Origin: Octopus sinensis
Lineage: Eukaryota
DNA length: 64,000 nt
Reading direction: 5' to 3'
NCBI RefSeq assembly: GCF_006345805.1
Contig: NW_021832010.1
Coordinates: 1 to 64,000 of the forward strand
Shown: piece by piece, positions 62,435 through 64,000 of the stretch
Layout of the letters: each line of letters starts with the position of its first letter
Numbering within the stretch: position 1 is the stretch's first letter
Notes under the pieces: model-generated
What the model was told of the DNA's origin: nothing
The model's database searches: none
Seen by the model: the letters and a program-made list of their open reading frames with translations, nothing else
Position numbers and translations under genes: made by a program

Positions 62435-63115
62435 ATGTCGGAAGTAGTTAACTTTAAATGTGTCATTGTAGGAGACCAGTATTTTTAATTTATTGTTTGT
62501 AGAGCCTCTGGTAAAACCAGTTTGATTGTTAGTTACACAAGCGACGGACCAGCCACCAGCAAAGTCCCCCGGATTCTTAAACCTTCTTTTACTAAGCTGA
62601 TGTGTCAGGGGAAGTCTGGCCCTACTCCCATCAAATTTGAAATAATTGATACTTCAGAACATGCAAGTTCAGACCAAGCATGGCCACTGTTATATCCTGA
62701 GACAGTTCGCTTTTATATATTGACATAAGGATATATTTATTATATGTTGTTCAGTTGTGGAACCTCAGTCATTTAATGTTCTGCCTTCTAAGGTAATCGA
62801 GTTATGTGATCCTCAGTGGACTTGTCACCTTCCAAAGACCACCCCATTTATTGTTGTAGGGACCAAGACTGACCTTAGAGAAAGTCAGGATGTCATCGAT
62901 GATTTAAATAGACGTGAATTGAAATTAATTTCTTACCAAAAAGGATTAAAGGAATCTAAAAAACTTGGTATTTTAGTTTTGATTTATCAGGTGCTTCAAA
63001 ATATATTGAATGTTCTTCTACAACTTTTTATAATGTTCGAAATGTATTTCAAGTAGCTATTGATATGTTGTTAACCACGACGAAAGAATTGGACAATACT
63101 TGTTACATGCTATAA
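62435..63115 (+). CDS. Atypical Rho-family small GTPase, 5 exons, CAAX CYML
   Basis: KCVIVGDQASGKTSLIVSYT, IIDTSEH, LYPET|DIFIICCSV, FIVVGTKTDLR with Rho insert, GASKYIECSS, NVRNVF, CYML*. Confidence 0.88.
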
Positions 63116-63419
63116 TTAACAACTTACTATTTAGAAAATGAATTCTTAAGTTAAATCTAATATAGCTAATTAAATAATTTCTAAAACTATTGACCATTTG
63201 TCAATAGATTAAGATTATATAAAAATATCTAAGATTTTTTTGCATGAGAATTCAACTTTTTGTTTTTAAAAATCATAAACTAATACAGTAAAACGAATTC
63301 GAGATGCAATTTAGACAATATTTTATTGTTGAAACACGAACTTACAATATATTAAATATTCCTTTTTATATACAAATGACTAGAAGATTTCCACTGACTG
63401 AAGCAAACTTGTGACTTCT

Positions 63420-63990
63420 GTAATACCGAAAATTGTTTTCAATAACGGAGAGAATAAATGCAGCCACTGCAACTCATTCAAAAAAGACCGTTGTCACCTG
63501 ATGTGGGCGAATGCTTAACGGCCCCTATTTCAGACGAAGTGGTCAAGTGCTCGAATCTGCATCTATATCACTAATACGGAATTAAAAAATCTAAAAATTA
63601 AAAACTCATTTAGTCCATTCTGTTATTACCAACAAATTTGTGTAAATCCGAGTTGACATAAACCTTTTGACTATAATAGTATCCCGAATATCAAATTTTT
63701 CCACGACAAATCGAGCAACAGAATTAAATTTATCAAACTGAGGATTACTTTACAGATTTTTCTCAGGTAGATCGAATTGAAAAAGTTTCATAATACGACT
63801 TCTGACAAATAAACTGAAAGCGATCCACCTGGCGAAAGTAAAGATTGTCCCTGTCGTTATGACCTGGTGCGGAATTGTGTCAAAATTCTTCAAGAACCAC
63901 CTGGAGGCGCTGGGAGTGGAGGACAAGTCGAAGCATATACCCCGACACAGACCTTAGAATGCATACAAAAACAAGGTGCCTTTTGAGGAG
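63420..63990 (+). mobile_element. R4/NeSL-type RLE retrotransposon fragment, copy 4
   Basis: KCSHCNSFKKTV...CGRML and KVKIVPVVMTWCGIVSKFFKNHLEALG. Confidence 0.75.
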
Positions 63991-64000
63991 GTACCGCGTG

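Overview
AT-rich eukaryotic genomic DNA from a metazoan (POU homeobox gene present) with very small spliceosomal introns, mostly 22-30 nt. By inference this is a compact parasite genome such as a myxozoan; a dicyemid cannot be excluded. Apparently intact genes, most of them split across several ORF-track entries by micro-introns: tRNA-Lys(UUU), NPC2/ML-domain protein, SLC37 sugar-phosphate exchanger (5' end unresolved), EFL1/Ria1 GTPase, an uncharacterised HEAT-repeat protein head-to-head with EFL1, a POU homeobox factor, a highly divergent 259-aa PCNA, ST13/Hip, and an atypical Rho-family GTPase. Decaying gene copies: SLC6, GPR107/108 (transposon inside an exon), VPS52, two EFL1 fragments and a U2 snRNA 5' fragment. 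Most of the remainder is a transposon graveyard: Ginger-like integrase DNA transposons with TGTCAC ends and 5-bp TSDs, hAT, pogo/Tigger, MULE, a Helitron nested inside its own family carrying a 94-bp minisatellite, and four non-LTR retrotransposon lineages. Highlights are the divergent PCNA lacking K164, a Ginger element whose TIRs could splice it out in frame, and the Rho-like protein with broken catalytic motifs. All calls are by eye; no searches were run.
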